From Oikopleura dioica (taxonomy: Eukaryota > Animalia > Chordata), in the NCBI GenBank assembly GCA_907165135.1, contig OU015567.1:11780001-11844000 (forward strand): a stretch of 64,000 nt of DNA, written 5' to 3'. Shown here piece after piece: positions 1-13,081 of the stretch. The translations under genes were made by a program, and so were the position numbers. Each line of letters opens with the position of its first letter. The first letter of the stretch is position 1. The notes beneath the pieces are model-generated. The model had not been told where the DNA came from. It saw only the letters and a list, made by a program, of their open reading frames with translations, and did no database searches.

Positions 1-91
1 ATAGGTTTTGAACAGTGAGGAAATAAATTAATTCCCGAAAACTGTCGTCTCAGACCAAGAAAGAAAAGCAATCAAGGGGAGATGCCCTTAA

Positions 92-772
92 GGGGGTCCC
101 CAACGATTTTTCCGAAATTGGCCATTTTCGACCGGCGCTCACGCCGACACAGACTTATATTTTTCAAAAATTTTTTCACGTACAAGTAGGTCAAACCTAG
201 ATCTAGTGAAGCGTATCTCAGATTCTTTAAAATTCAACCACATCTTGCGCAACGGCGCCGAGAAGGAAAGCATCTCGCAGATAATCGCGTGTTTGGCCAT
301 TTTTTCACCTGAGATTACTCCAAAAATTTAGGTTACAAAAAAAATTTTTTCTGCTGTTTCTTAAAGCTCTAACACTAATCTAGTGAAGCGTCTCTCAGTT
401 TTTTCTATTTCCAGAAAATGATTATGTAACAAAGACGATCAAAAAAATGTACGATTTCGGAAATTTCAATCATGTAAATTGCCCTCTGGGCATAACCCAA
501 ACCCATATTTTCGGGCATTTTCAGAAAGCTTAGCTCATAGCCTTTCTAAAAAGGTGCTATGTGCGACCCTTAGACAACTATAAAAAAGGGTTGATTTTTC
601 AATTTTTATGAAGATGAAGCAAAATTGGTAACTTCAAGGTCGATTTTAGACACTTTTTTCTACAAAAATCGAAAAATGCTAGAGACCTTTTTTGCAGCTT
701 TTTGCACGAGGAATTCAGATCTGAAGAGAAAAAAATCTAATTCGCAAAATCGCAAAATCGTGGGGGACCCCC
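92..772. mobile_element. 681-bp non-autonomous DNA transposon (MITE) with TTAA target-site duplication; Kolobok-like or Harbinger-like ends
   Basis: TTAA at 88-91 and 773-776 flank 19-bp terminal inverted repeats GGGGGTCCCC[A/C]ACGATTTT (1 mismatch). Internal direct repeat ATCTAGTGAAGCGT(A/C)TCTCAG at ~200 and ~378. No transposase ORF. The superfamily is inferred only from TTAA plus RR termini. Confidence 0.8.
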
Positions 773-1135
773 TTAATTCAATTCCAAGCACTGATAACGA
801 GCATTGGTGCAATTGTAAAATATAGAAATAGAAAAGGCCTCTCTTATAGCCGATTAGAAACAGAAAGCCTGATAGCGGTTATTTTTTTTTTTTTGAAATT
901 TTAAATATATAAATTGCTAGAAATTTTCGATAAGGCTAGAGTTTTGGTTGAGATTGTTGAGCTGGTAATACAGATTCAGTCCGATCTCGAGCGATCTCTT
1001 GGTTTGTGGCAGTAGTGGATTCGGCAGCGTCGTTTTTATCAGTTTTTTTTGTTACTCGGCGAGACAGAGCGGAGATGGGGTTTAGGTAAGGTCTTTCCGA
1101 GCAATTCAAAAGGGCATCAAGGGAGCTCACGCGTA

Positions 1136-4100
1136 TCACGTGTCGTCGCTGTTTACTTCGTCTGGGAACAGCTTCATCGCAAGTTGCGTTCTCGTTCCAA
1201 GCCCTAGATTATCAATTTTACGATTGATTCAATCAATGAACTTCAGAAGTTCATTTAGCATTGAGTTAGTTTAGCAATCTTAAAATAGGGCAAATCCGAC
1301 AATCAATCCGCTTGATTGATTTCACGACAATTAACCCGCCGTAAATGTCAAAGACAGGGAGCTTATGACATTAAGTCTACTCTTTTTACCTTCGGCATTA
1401 GACCGTTCACATCTATCCACCGCTCCATCGCCTCTCTTCACGCTGCACTGGCGCAGCGTCCATCTTCTCTTCAACGCAGGTTCTACTGCTCGGAAAACAT
1501 GGAGCTCCGAGTTTTCCATAAACAATTCGTATCTAGATTGAATCCGTTAAGAGCGGGTCATACGAGTTTGGCGCTTACAAGTCGATGTTATCAATGAGAT
1601 CTTGATTCTTTTGACTCTTCTGAGCAAATTTGCTACGGGCTGCCATGTAGTCCGAGTTAAAGAAGCATGTTTCGTCGAAGCTAGAAATGACAGTATTACT
1701 CACTATCGTTAGGTGTCGTTGGTACCTATAGATATCGAAATGGCCAGTTGATCCTTTGATTTCGATCTCTTCCTTGACATCAGGCGCTATCTCCTTGTTA
1801 AACTGCGTAAAAGGCACGGGGAAGTACGCTTGCCATCCTGAATTCCAGTTTCAATGGCTGGTAATCCTAATGGTCAATTACCTGCTATCGCGTTCATTCG
1901 ACACCTGTCAAACAGATCTGCATTGACGTCTGCGTGGGGTGAGGCGAGGAAGAAGAGAGAGTCCGCCGTGAACTTCTTAGTTCGGACAATCACGTCCAGA
2001 ATTCGCAACTAAAATTAAGCCTAGCGCGGTGATATTTTGAGTTTGCGTATGTACCTGGCTTGGGATGTCGGTCTTAATCGACATCCATGGAATGACCTTT
2101 GGGCGGTTCTCTTGGCTACCATATTTCACTTCCAGTGCGCCGAGTCGCTCTTTTTGTACAGTGAAGGGATCGTCCTGAAAATGTCAACGATTATACATTG
2201 CATTTCCTTATTAATAATTATTAACCTTTTGGTGAACTTTTTCAGCCTCTGCAGCGCCGTATATGAAAATAATAGTCAACAGGATTGACTCTTTGTCCTT
2301 GCCCATCAGAACTTTCTAAAACAGTAGTTCGTTATCATGTTCTTTAGTTCAAAAATAAGTTAATTGGACTAATTTGGTGTTGAAACTCGTCTAACCTTTT
2401 CGAATTTGTCCAAAAACACCCGGAGGGCTTCGGCTTCGTCCACCGAAACAGGAAGGATCATGTTTATTTTGGTCGTATCGGTCACGTAAGGCATCGGGAT
2501 AATCTCCACTTGCGAGAGCGGTCGCAGAAGATCAACACGATGGCTGAACGAATATTAAGTCTGAACTCTTGAAACGCAAGCTTACCTTAATTCAGTTTGT
2601 CCAGCATCCACGGTGACACGGAGTTTCAAATCTAGCATGTATTCCATACCGCGTTGGGGATCAAATCGTTTGTAACCGTTCTCCAGCTTGATCAGGTCGA
2701 TTTCCATTCCTTGTGGCTTATATTTTTCTTGCAATCGCGAAACAGCTGTTGCTACGATGTCGTTGACGTCTTTCTTCTCCATATCAGATAGCTAGTTTAA
2801 AAATAAATTTAAAAATAAAATGGAAATAAATCGTCCAAACCTCGCATTTTGGTATTTCGCCTGGGCATGTGAGCGTGTGCGTGGAGTCAAAATAGTCCCA
2901 GTTGATGACTTCCCATCTATTCGAAGGTTGGAAGGGAGGATTGACACCAATTGGCCAGCTGAGACCATCTTCTCCTTGTGGAGTCTTGGCTGAGAGATTC
3001 TTGATCTCTTCTTGGAGGAATTCAATCTTCCGGTAAGTCATGTCGATTTCGACTTCTGAGAAGCGTTTGTGCAATTTGTAAACTTCGGTGGTAGTGACGA
3101 CAGGGAAAGCGGAGACAGCTTTTTCAAATAACTGACAATTAAATTTAGCGTTGCTGATGTGTGGTAATTTCTTACCTTTGAGGAGGCTGTTTCGACGTCA
3201 AATTGTTCGTCGTTTTCGAGGTTTATTGATTCGTAAGTTTGAACTTCTTCTGTATTTACACATCCGACTTCTCCCTTTGTTAGCGTGAGCAAACATCGGC
3301 CGAGCCATTCGTCCGGCGAATCAGCTGTTATTCCACTAAGAAGCAAAATGTTATTCTTGGCTCTTTTGAGACAGTATTTGTTTACCTCAAGCATTTGTTC
3401 ATTTCCGGCATTACCGCCATCATAAGCGCTCTTGACATGATGAAGCCGGCCGATTGTTTACAGTAGTAACCGTCTATTTTCTCGTCGTGGATTCGGGCAG
3501 GAAGGCCGAGGTACAACTTGCGCGTGATAGACATGTGGTTGACAATTTCGTTGACCCGGTAGCCGGCGACGTAAGAATTGTCGTAGCCGACGAAGAACCA
3601 GTCGTAGACTTCGTTGTAGTGTTGATAGAGATAGTACAGAGTCTGGTAGAGAATTCGAATCTCGTCTTCTTCTGGGTGGACAACAATGTTCATCCCAGCT
3701 GGTTGATGATTCTTCCCTCTGAAGGGTTGCTCGTGAGAGCCAAAGAAGAACAGCAGTTTTTGCATGTGATGGCCAAGCGTTTTATTCTGTGCAATCGCAA
3801 GTGACGAGACTGTATCCTTTGTAGTTATCATAGATGAAACAAGACGTTCGCGGATTCCAAGTTCGGTAGAAATATAACGGCTTCGCACGACTTTTTTCTT
3901 GTTCGCTTCCAGGTCGACTTTTGGCTTGAGCTTCGGATCAACGATGATTTGAGGCTCGAAATCTTCTTCTTCATCAGATGCGGGAAAAGCCGGCACGGAA
4001 TTGTCCAGCGCAAGGGCTTCATTATTACTGTCAAGTGAGGTTTCGTATGTTCGGCATTCATCTGGCTCGATTACTGGCGCTCGGAGAAAGGAAAGGGCGA

Positions 4101-4167
4101 GGCCGATCGTCAGTCCCAGAAGGGTCGGGAGCATCCCTTTGCATCGCGTGATTCCACGAGGCATCAT
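1136..4167 (-). CDS. CHPF: Chondroitin polymerizing factor (chondroitin sulfate synthase 2), multi-exon
   Basis: N-terminal TM segment, then VVRSRYISTELGIRERL, DWFF, PDEWLGRC, WDYF, YKRFDPQRGMEYMLDL, CFFNSDYMAAR, RAVEPAL and a spliced C-terminus EG|LGTRTQLAMKLF, all matching CHPF motifs. The stop TGA is at 1136-1138. Confidence 0.93.
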
Positions 4168-4316
4168 TTTTCTGTTTTATATTTTGATCTCTTGTTGTTT
4201 TCTTTTATAACTGCATCTGAAAATCAAAAATGATTAGAAGGGATAGAAAAGTAAACATTCTTCAAGTACAAAAATAGAAAAATTTACAGATACAAAAAGG
4301 ATTGACAATAAAAACA

Positions 4317-5837
4317 TCAGCTGTTGCAATTCATAAATTCCGATAAACTGTTGCTAATCGACGATTCGTTGGAAGAGAAGTCGTCAAATTTCCGCGGGTC
4401 CTGTTTAGGCGGCGAGAGCTCTTCTTTACGAGCGGGCAGTGGGGAAGCTAAAATGAAATTATTTCTATCTTTCTGTTCTCTCCGTTTCTCTTACGAGTTC
4501 ATGAACGATTCTGTTCGGCGTAATTACGAGCTGTCTTCTCGATTCATAAAAATTTCAAACAATACATAGTTTATTGACTTTCCCCACATAAATGGTAGTT
4601 AGAATTTCATAAGGGCATAATTTGAATGAGTAGATTCGAAATACTTTATCTCTGTAAGAGGGATACAAATTATCCCGAACGGAAGTAGACTTACCTTTGA
4701 AAAAGTGATGGCGGAGGCTTTCGGCGGCGGGTAATCTCTGGGTTGAATCATAAACCAGAAACGACTTGACCAGGTCAGCTGTGTAATCTGGCGCTTTGGC
4801 GAGTATCTCGCCGATATCTTTTCCTTTCGTTTCGTGAAAAACAATCTTGGCGTAGTCGGGCAGCGACTTTCGCCCGGGCCAGGTCTCGTCAGTTGGCGTC
4901 CCCAACGTTTGCACAACAATGTAGAGCTGCTCGATGTCGGACTGACCGGGGAAGAGCGGCGAGAAGAGAAAGAGCTCGCCAATTATGCACCCGACGGCCC
5001 ATAAATCGACCCTAATTGTCGCGATTGTTACGGGAAAGTGCAGAGATGGGTTACTAACCCAAAGTCGTAGCGATGTGCGCCGTACAGCAGCTCAGGCGCG
5101 CGATACCATCGGGTTGCCACTTTGTGGGACATTGGACACTCTTTTTCGTAAATTCGAGCTGAAGAAATAATTCTAATTTATTCATGAGAGTGAGTTCTTG
5201 TACCTTGTCCAAAGTCGCCAATTTTCAGCTGTCCCTTGTTGTCGATCAACATGTTTGACGGTTTCAAATCTCTGTGCAGAATGTTTTTTGAATGAATATA
5301 CGCTACGCCCTCCAGCATTTGCCTGGCGTATGTTTTCGCGATCTCTGGCCGCATTCGTTCAGCACTTCGGATTATATCGCCCAAGTCACCTTAGACGTGT
5401 TTTCAACGCGTTTTTAAGTGCTTCGCCAAGTTCATAAAAGACCCATCGTTAAAAATTAAGTATTTGAACTTTCATAACATGTCTAATTAAACATGATTTA
5501 CGAGTTTGCTTTTGTAACACGTGCCTTCCATCAGATCAGTAGCCAAAACAACGGCACTTCCGGCCGCAAAAACATCGCGTAATTTTAACACGTGCTGCGC
5601 GCCACGGATCTCTTCTTCTGGATAATCATCGTCGTAATCAATCTCCGGGAGACGGGTCGTTTGGCGCATTGCTTGGATCTCTCTGATCAGCTCTTTGGGT
5701 AATCCGGCATTGAGTTTCTTCTCAGAAATTGGAATTTTCTTCAGTGCCACTTTCTCGCCTGTCCGCACCGCCTGTCCCAAGTAGACCACCCCATGAGCAC
5801 CTTCTCCGATTCGATTGTAAAATTTATACTGCTCCAT
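4317..5837 (-). CDS. CDK20: Cyclin-dependent kinase 20 (CCRK), multi-exon
   Basis: IGEGAHGVV (CDK20-type Gly loop), [42 protein letters not shown] and C-terminal PLPA. One inferred GC-AG intron (5390-5524). Confidence 0.9.
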
Positions 5838-5980
5838 CTAAACACCAATAAAGGAAGTTTCTTTTTCGCCTTGAAGAAAAATGATGATGAATTGAACTGT
5901 TCAGAATAAAAATTGAGCAGTAAACTAATTATTGTAGAAAACTGTGGAAAAATGATAAAAAACAGAGGAAACGAACTTTT

Positions 5981-8540
5981 TCATCGTTTGAAATCATTGA
6001 AAAATTCATCGGCCTCGATATATTGCCTGAGGTTTCCAACATCGAATCTGCCGGCAATGGGGCAAGTGTATATTTGAACCTTATCGTATAAATATCGGAG
6101 CAGTAGGCCGGTTGCATCGCGCTCTGCCAGAACAGCGTCGCGCTTCTCCCTGAGAAAGTCGGAAATCAAAACAAATACATCGCTTTTGAAATAATAGAAG
6201 CAAGGACAGGCTATTCGCGAGGTTGTTTCTTCGGGCGCCGGTTTCTCTTTGAATCCTGTCACGATTCCTGTCGAATCTGTCTCTAGGATGCCATACTTCG
6301 TTGTCTCCAGCTCTCCAATTTTATACGCTGAGAAAGAATTTGTTAAACAATGTTAAAAGTTTCCGACGCCGAGTTAAATAAAAGGTCAGTTTTAATTCAG
6401 ATTTTGATGGTTAAGTTCGAAATATTCAACAACAAAAATAGGTTCATTTCAGTTTAACCGCTGCAACTTGCAGGCCAATTTCAATAAGGAGTTGAGATTC
6501 GAAATCCTAGCACCCCCCTTTCTTGTGCTCATTGGAAAGAGGGCAAAAAGTTACGCCAGAAAAAAGTACTTTTAGAGGATGAGTCCCCGAAAATGACGTC
6601 ACGATGACTCACTGAAGTTCCAAAAGTCCAAAACTTTGCCACGCTCTCATTTTTTTTCTAGGAATGAAAAATTTGAGTTCGATATAGAAAAATGATCGTC
6701 TTGAGCCACTCTACCTGAAGAGCTACATATGAAAGATCCAACTCAAGAAAACTCTAGAACTAAAACTAGAAAAATTTTTTTCTAGAGTTGGATTTTTCAT
6801 GTGTAGCTCTTCAGGTAGAGTGGCTCAAGACGATCATTTTCCTGTATCGAACTCAAGTTTTCCATTTCTAGAAAAAAAATGAGAGCGTGGCAAAGTTTTG
6901 GACTTTTGGAACTTCAGTGAGTCATCGTGACGTCATCTTCGAGGACTCATCCTCTAAAAGTACTTTTTTCTGGCGTAACTTTTTGCGCTCTTTCTAATGA
7001 GCACAAGTAAGGGGGGTGCTAGGATTTCGAATCTCAACTCCTTATTGAAATTGGCTGCCAGCCTGCAAGAGAAAAAATTTGATCTTTTTCTTTCTAGCTC
7101 ATAGATGAAAAGAATTCGATGAGGAATAGAAAGAGTTCATCGTTTCTTTTCTTTGCTGAGAAGCTATTTATTACGGAACAAGTCAAAGTGGCTTATTGAA
7201 TTTCGAAGCGGAACTCGTCATGCTTCTTACCTGTCACATATGCTCGCAACTGGCAATTCGTCTCAGCCTTCTCTAGGAATTCAACCATGTCAAAGTTGAC
7301 ATCCAACAAAGTGTCTCCGCCAATGACGAGAAGGGGCTCCTCTTCAAGCTTGCCCGCGCGAATGGCGTACTGGATTGAACCGATCGCGCCTAGCCGACTC
7401 TCGTTTGATTTTGTTCCATCACTGAGTACTTCCACTGAAGGGAGACTTAAATTTGCAATAATTCAACTAACCAAAGGGATAATTACGTCCTCCACTGGCA
7501 GTTAACTCCCTTTATCTGGGGCGCATCGATCAAAAAGCAGAAAGTCATATTTAAACTTGAGTCGCAATAAATTATTGGATTTTATGGAGCAAATGACAAA
7601 TTATTTCCCTAATGGCAAATTAGTAATTAGAAAAAAATAGTTTGATGGGCAAACCAAATTATTGTTATGGCGAGATAAGATACCAGAACTACCACTCTTA
7701 CAAGCAAAATGCTTAATTGATAAGGGCTATCACAAAGTCCGCTATTTTAGGTCGAACAAAAGATTAGCTCGCGACAAAACTCTACTTCGTTAACTGGTAC
7801 TATACTGAAAGTTTATTTGAGTGGCTAATTGTCGTGAGAATGCGCTCGTTCAAGTAGTTTTGAAAAGATCATCATCTGCACGGACGGATGATAATTACGC
7901 GCGAAAATTTTTGTGAAACTTTGCGTTTTCAAGACCAAGTGCGAACACTTAGTCGCCGAAATAACTACCTAAATCTGTTCAGGGTTGGAACAGAACAAAG
8001 TAAGTAATATCAGTAATGGCCTTGAATTCTACCGCGTCGCGCTGCGGGAATTCATCAAAAACCCATCAGCTTAGGTAACGAGAAGAGGAAGCGGAAAGCT
8101 GTTATTATAGTTGATCCATTTAAATCGGTACCCGGGCAGTTTTCTATTTCTTACGATAGCCTAGGAGCTTTGGTATTGGGTAAACAAGAATGAATTTTGA
8201 TTAAACAAAAGGGTACCTTTTGCAAAGTTGTTTTTCTCTTTCCACTGGGCGAATTGACCAAAGTATTTATCGTTCGATAGAACAACAACTTTTTTCAGCC
8301 GTTCAAGGGGCGATAAGAGCTCGACCCAGCGAGATATCAGTGCCTGGCCGCCGATGGGCAGCAGTGCTTTCGGCAATCCCTAATAACAAAAAGTTTTATA
8401 TCGGCTTTTCTTAAACCATCAATCAATGAAAGTTCCTCTTATTCATGTACCTTGAGCTGTTCATATTTTCCACTGGAGTCATTCTCTAAATCTCTCTGTA
8501 GTCTCGTGCCGTATCCCGCTGCGAGGATGAGCGCATTCAT
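5981..8540 (-). CDS. Nucleotidyltransferase (NTP_transferase / sugar-1-phosphate nucleotidyltransferase family), 4 exons
   Basis: MNALILAAGYGTRLQRD, then |GLPKALLPIGG, |VEVLSDG...GAI, LVIGGDTL, |KYGILE, EKP...TTSRIACPCFY and GRFDVGNL. All four exons join in frame with GT-AG introns. Confidence 0.88.
6467..7069. mobile_element. ~600-bp foldback (long inverted repeat) element in intron 3 of the NTP-transferase gene
   Basis: Arm ~6467-6745 is the near-perfect reverse complement of ~6783-7069 (e.g. CAATAAGGAGTTGAGATTCGAAATCCTAGCACCCCCC / GGGGGGTGCTAGGATTTCGAATCTCAACTCCTTATTG). No clear TSD. Confidence 0.85.
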
Positions 8541-11178
8541 ATTTTCTGTCTGCCTCACTAAAAAACTACTGGTAATTACATTTTTCTCACTCAGTTTATG
8601 CGTGCCAATATTGTACGCAGCGGGGCTGGCCCGCGGGCCTTTCACTTAGTCCCCGACCGTTGGCTAAATTTAACACTGATAACGAGCTGATTCCTATTCT
8701 CTCTCTCCAAAAACACCCGGCATCGGTATCTGCCTAGGAAATTTATGATTGTCGCGAAATGAACGTCCCTCTTTTTCCCTTTGAAAACAACGATGAAAAA
8801 GTATTTCTTTGAACTCCTCTTTCTCAACTCATTAACTGTATTAATAGTTTTAATCTCTGCTGGGAAGATAAAAGGGTAAGTTTAATCCGCACTAGCGCTT
8901 TTAGAGCTTTTAGCGTCTACGTCGCAAACACAGGGCAATTTTTACGATCTCAAGCGACAGTGCGCAGATAATTTCGTCACAGAAAATATGGGGGAGAAAA
9001 TCAAAGCTGTAAAAACCATTTTGTAAATGGCGATATGATGACTTACACATTCTCTGTAGGAAATAATGATGAAAACGCAAGATTCTCAAGTAAAAAATGT
9101 TCTCCGGAAACTAACAGCTTGGACTTTCGCAAAGTCGGTCAATTTCGAACAAACACTATTGCTACCGACAGACGTTAAAATTTAAAGTTTAGACAGTCGA
9201 ATAGACACTGATAGGAGCGTTGTAATTTCTAACCAGAACGTGAATGACAAAACGCCGCGAATTCGATGCGCCAGGGTGACAGGAAAAAAACCAAATTCAA
9301 ACATTCCAAGTAAAGAGCTTTTTTTAAGGATTAACGATAAAAGAGCTATCGATTTTTGAAAACTTGATACAGTCAATCACGAAATCGTTTTGAACTTGCG
9401 ATTATCAATCAAGGTGATCCATTGAAAAACTTGAAATATTGACAGATCCTACCCATCGATCTCTTTACTGCTTATTAAAGTACCGATTCATTCAGTAAAT
9501 TCAGCTTTTTCAGAATGATAAACGAGATCATACCTTGATTACAACAAATACGTTCCTGACGTCATAGCCGCTCTCATAAATATGCCACAAATAAGCTAAT
9601 AAAGCTGACAGATTTTCCTAAAATCTTGAGTAAGTTTGTATGGGGCAGCTTAAACGGGCTTATCCTCGGTCAGACCTCGATTAAAAATTATCTTCTTTTC
9701 AAAATCACGAATAATTTTTCAATTTAATGCTTCGATTGCTCGAGTCTACTGTTTCCGTCCAATAGATTCATGAAGAAGGATGCAGCCAAAGGTTGCGATG
9801 ACAGTTTTACCGGTAAAACCCCGCTTGTCATCGGAAATATTATTTTTCTTCTGATCACTAATCAACTTGTTGGCAAATCATGAAACACGAAATATGTCTT
9901 TAAACTGCTCAACTAACGGTTATGACCTCAAAACGGAAGTCACAATTCACGAGAAAAAAAGCGTAACGTCACTACTACCCTATTTTCCCTCTGTTTTCAA
10001 CGGTCTACTCATTTTCGTCCACAGCGACTGCACAGTAGACCATGAAAATTTTGATGTAGACAGTTTATGACTGAGCCCGACAACCAGCTGCTCTTTTACA
10101 AGCATAGACTTGCCTCCAACTGAGCTTTTTGTCAATAAATCTTCATCAAATCTATCATCAAACTACTGCAAATGATAGTGACCACAGACTTCTACCGGCC
10201 GACTAATGCTCTTACAATATACAAATTTGTGAATGACCAAATCGCAAACAAGATAAACTATCTTCCTTGCATAAAACTTTTCCCCAAGAATAGACAAACA
10301 GAAAATCATTGACATTTTGTTATTTCAAAATTTGATAGAGCATTCTTATCTAGTCTTCCGCGGCGCCGTAACTTCGGTAACACTGAAATTGTCTGTACTG
10401 ATAATGTCAGCATCGCGAGAAGAGTTACCTTGGTCACTATGTTTTTCATTCAGCAAACTCGAATGAACCGGAAGATTGAATGCAAAAAATTCTCAAGAAA
10501 AATCTCTTCCTACGAATCTCCAATTTCTGCAAAATAAATCTTCCTTGACCTTTCTCTTGACATTCCAAAAAAAATGAAAAATTGATCACTACTCTCACAC
10601 ATACAGTAGCCACAACAGAACAATCACAGTTTCCTACCTTTTTCTATTTGTTCTTCTACTTTATTCTTTTAATTTTTCCAATTTCCCTTTTCTCCAAATC
10701 TTCGGAAAACACTCTCTTTATCAAATTCTAGTAGTTCTCGAAATAATTCATGTTTTACGGTTTTTTTTTCCGCGGTTTCAATCAATTTGCCGCGTCTATT
10801 TCCTCTTCAAAATAAGAAAAGCTGACTTGAAAAAATATTGAGCGTACATTTCTTTGTTGAGTTTATTTTGTAAGTGTTGATTTTGGTTCCGATTGGAGCC
10901 GGAGTTTTCAAAAGAGTAGAAAAAAGTGTGGAAGAAGTTCGGGCGGCGCATCCGCTGATTGGCGCAAAAGCGCTCGCCTACGAGACATAAGGGAACTACG
11001 CAAGATATCCGCCGAGGCTCATCGGAACCGAGAATTACTACAGTACAAAAGTAGTTATTGCAAGAAAATTTCGCCACCGGCCACGCCGCCCGAGACACCT
11101 GTTTTCTTTCAACGCGAATTACTATTGATCTCTACTTGTTTAAAAAACGTAAAAAAGGGCCGTGGTCTGAATTATTAT

Positions 11179-12169
11179 GATGATTTCAAAAAACTTTTTG
11201 CGGGGCCGGAAATCGTAAAAAATCCGTAAGTGCAGTTTTCTTCAGCTAGTCGAGACGAGTCGAATGATGGGTCTAACTCCTGATGACTGTCAGGATTTAC
11301 CGGTTTACCGGCTGGTTACCGGAAATTACGTTGTCACCCGCCGTTTTTGTTCTAGAAGTGGTAAAAAGATGAACGACCCAGGAAATTGTTCCTTATAGTC
11401 GGTTCTACTCTAGGCTCAAAGATGAGGCTCTTATCAATACTCTGAAGAGAGTTACAGACAAAACGGACAATTCCGGAAGTTTTTTATGGGGAAAAGCGCC
11501 AAATCTCCGGAATTGTCCGAATTCTACTTGAAACTATTTTTCTTCCAAAATGCTATTTTTAAGGGTGTCAACCTGAAAATAGGCTTTTTTAAGTGCTGCC
11601 GATGGCTTTTTTGGCTTTTCTCTGATTACTTTTCTGAAGTAATTTTTGAAGTAACTTTTCTTCGTTTTTTTTCGCAAAAAGGTGGTCCAACATAGAAAAT
11701 AGACCTCTCAGTTGAATTTTTTGTTTAAAATTTCCGAAATTGTGCGCTTACAAAATTTTACCAATTTCCCTCAAATCTCCGGAATTGTCCGTTTTGTCTG
11801 TATCACAAAAACAGTAAATTTTACATGCATTTTGTTGTTGCTGCACGTTCCTGATTTTAAGTCCCATTTCTGCCATAAATAGTATTTTAGTGATAACTCT
11901 CTTCAGAGTATTGATACGAGCCTCATCTTTGAGCCTAGAGTAGAACCGACTATAAGGAACAATTTCCTGGGTCGATCATCTGTTTACCACATCTAGAACA
12001 AAAACGGCGGGTGACAACGTAATTTCCGGTAACCAGCCGGTAAACCGGTAAATCCTAACAGTCATCAGGAGTTAGACCCATCATTCGACTTGTCTCGACT
12101 AGCTGACGAAAACTGCACTAACAGATTTTTTACGATTTCCGGCCCCTCAAAAAGTTTTTTGAAATCATC
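11179..12169. mobile_element. Foldback element with ~275-bp arms and a candidate 4-bp TSD (TTAT)
   Basis: 11179-11454 pairs with ~11890-12169 (GATGATTTCAAAAAACTTTTTG / CAAAAAGTTTTTTGAAATCATC). TTAT lies immediately outside both ends. Confidence 0.85.
11455..11800. mobile_element. 346-bp Tc1/mariner-type MITE nested in the left arm of the foldback
   Basis: 23-bp perfect terminal inverted repeats CAGACAAAACGGACAATTCCGGA with TA at 11453-54 and 11801-02. Removing it restores GAGAGTTATCAC, which matches the reverse complement of the other arm. Confidence 0.85.
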
Positions 12170-12319
12170 TTATGTTACGATCAAAATATCATAACTCACA
12201 TTTTTTTGAATAGTTGTAAGAGGCCGTGTATGTCAAAAAGCGAATTCCCGGAATTAGCTACTGTACGTTTTCTCTTTTGAAATGAAGATCCTGCGCTGAC
12301 ACTGGAATTTACTTTTTAG

Positions 12320-12649
12320 GCATATTCGGTCCATCGAGCATGAAGTAGGAGATTCGATGGCTGGATCTCCTTCTTGCCCAAAAACTAAAGTTAATGATGA
12401 CCTCGAAAAAAGCTTCATCCACGATAGAACATGCCTGCTTCCGAACGAAAAATGGAAGACTTGCTGGAAAAGCTGCCAAAAGCTCTGCGCGTAAGTTTCC
12501 TATTCTTCCTTCTTATCAATGTTCTATCTCCCACGGCCTTTATCTTGGCTCCCTGTCAAGTCCTTATTTCCGGAATTCGCGCTCATTTCCCCCTAAGAAA
12601 TCCTACATCGAAAGTAAACTTTCCCATATTTCCCATGACTATCCGATGA
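12320..12649 (+). CDS. Possible exons of an unidentified gene (HIRSIEHEVG...KWKTCWKSCQKLC)
   Basis: Open frame between a TTTTAG acceptor (~12319) and a GTAAGT donor (~12508). No start exon or homology could be established. Confidence 0.25.
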
Positions 12650-13081
12650 TAAGGAAACTTTCTTGCTTCCACTGGACAAGCATGTTTTCGGCGATGGTCA
12701 AAGTTTGATTTTTTAGAGATAGGGTTGTGTTTTGCAAACAATGGCGTATTTTCGCTATTACTTTCAGGAAGAGAGACATCCCGTTTGGTGGCTGTTTCTT
12801 GAGATTTATGTTGAGTAAGCTTTTCAACACCACCCTGAAATTCAAGTATAAATAGCTAAAAAATTCCGATAAGATTTAGTCAAGATATTGCCGCGGGGCC
12901 CGAGTACCACTGAATAGAGCTTATCGTTTCTGTTTACATAAAACAATTACAAGCACCCTAAAAGGGCAATTTTCACGAGGTAAAAATTTAAGCAGCGTAT
13001 GAAGCGTTCAGTTTGAATTACGAAATTCCGCTTCTTAGGACAATTTTTATAGCAAAATAGATGTGAATTTATTTTCAGAAC

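Noticed and set aside
788-8690. Shared 14-mer CACTGATAACGAGC at ~790 and ~8675
   Set aside because: Isolated 14-mer matches are expected by chance in 64 kb, and there is no extended similarity or inverted partner.
9000-11170. Short ORFs and coding-looking stretches (e.g. SPPATPPETP near 11080)
   Set aside because: No consistent start, splice phase or recognisable homology, so I could not build a gene or a retroelement remnant.
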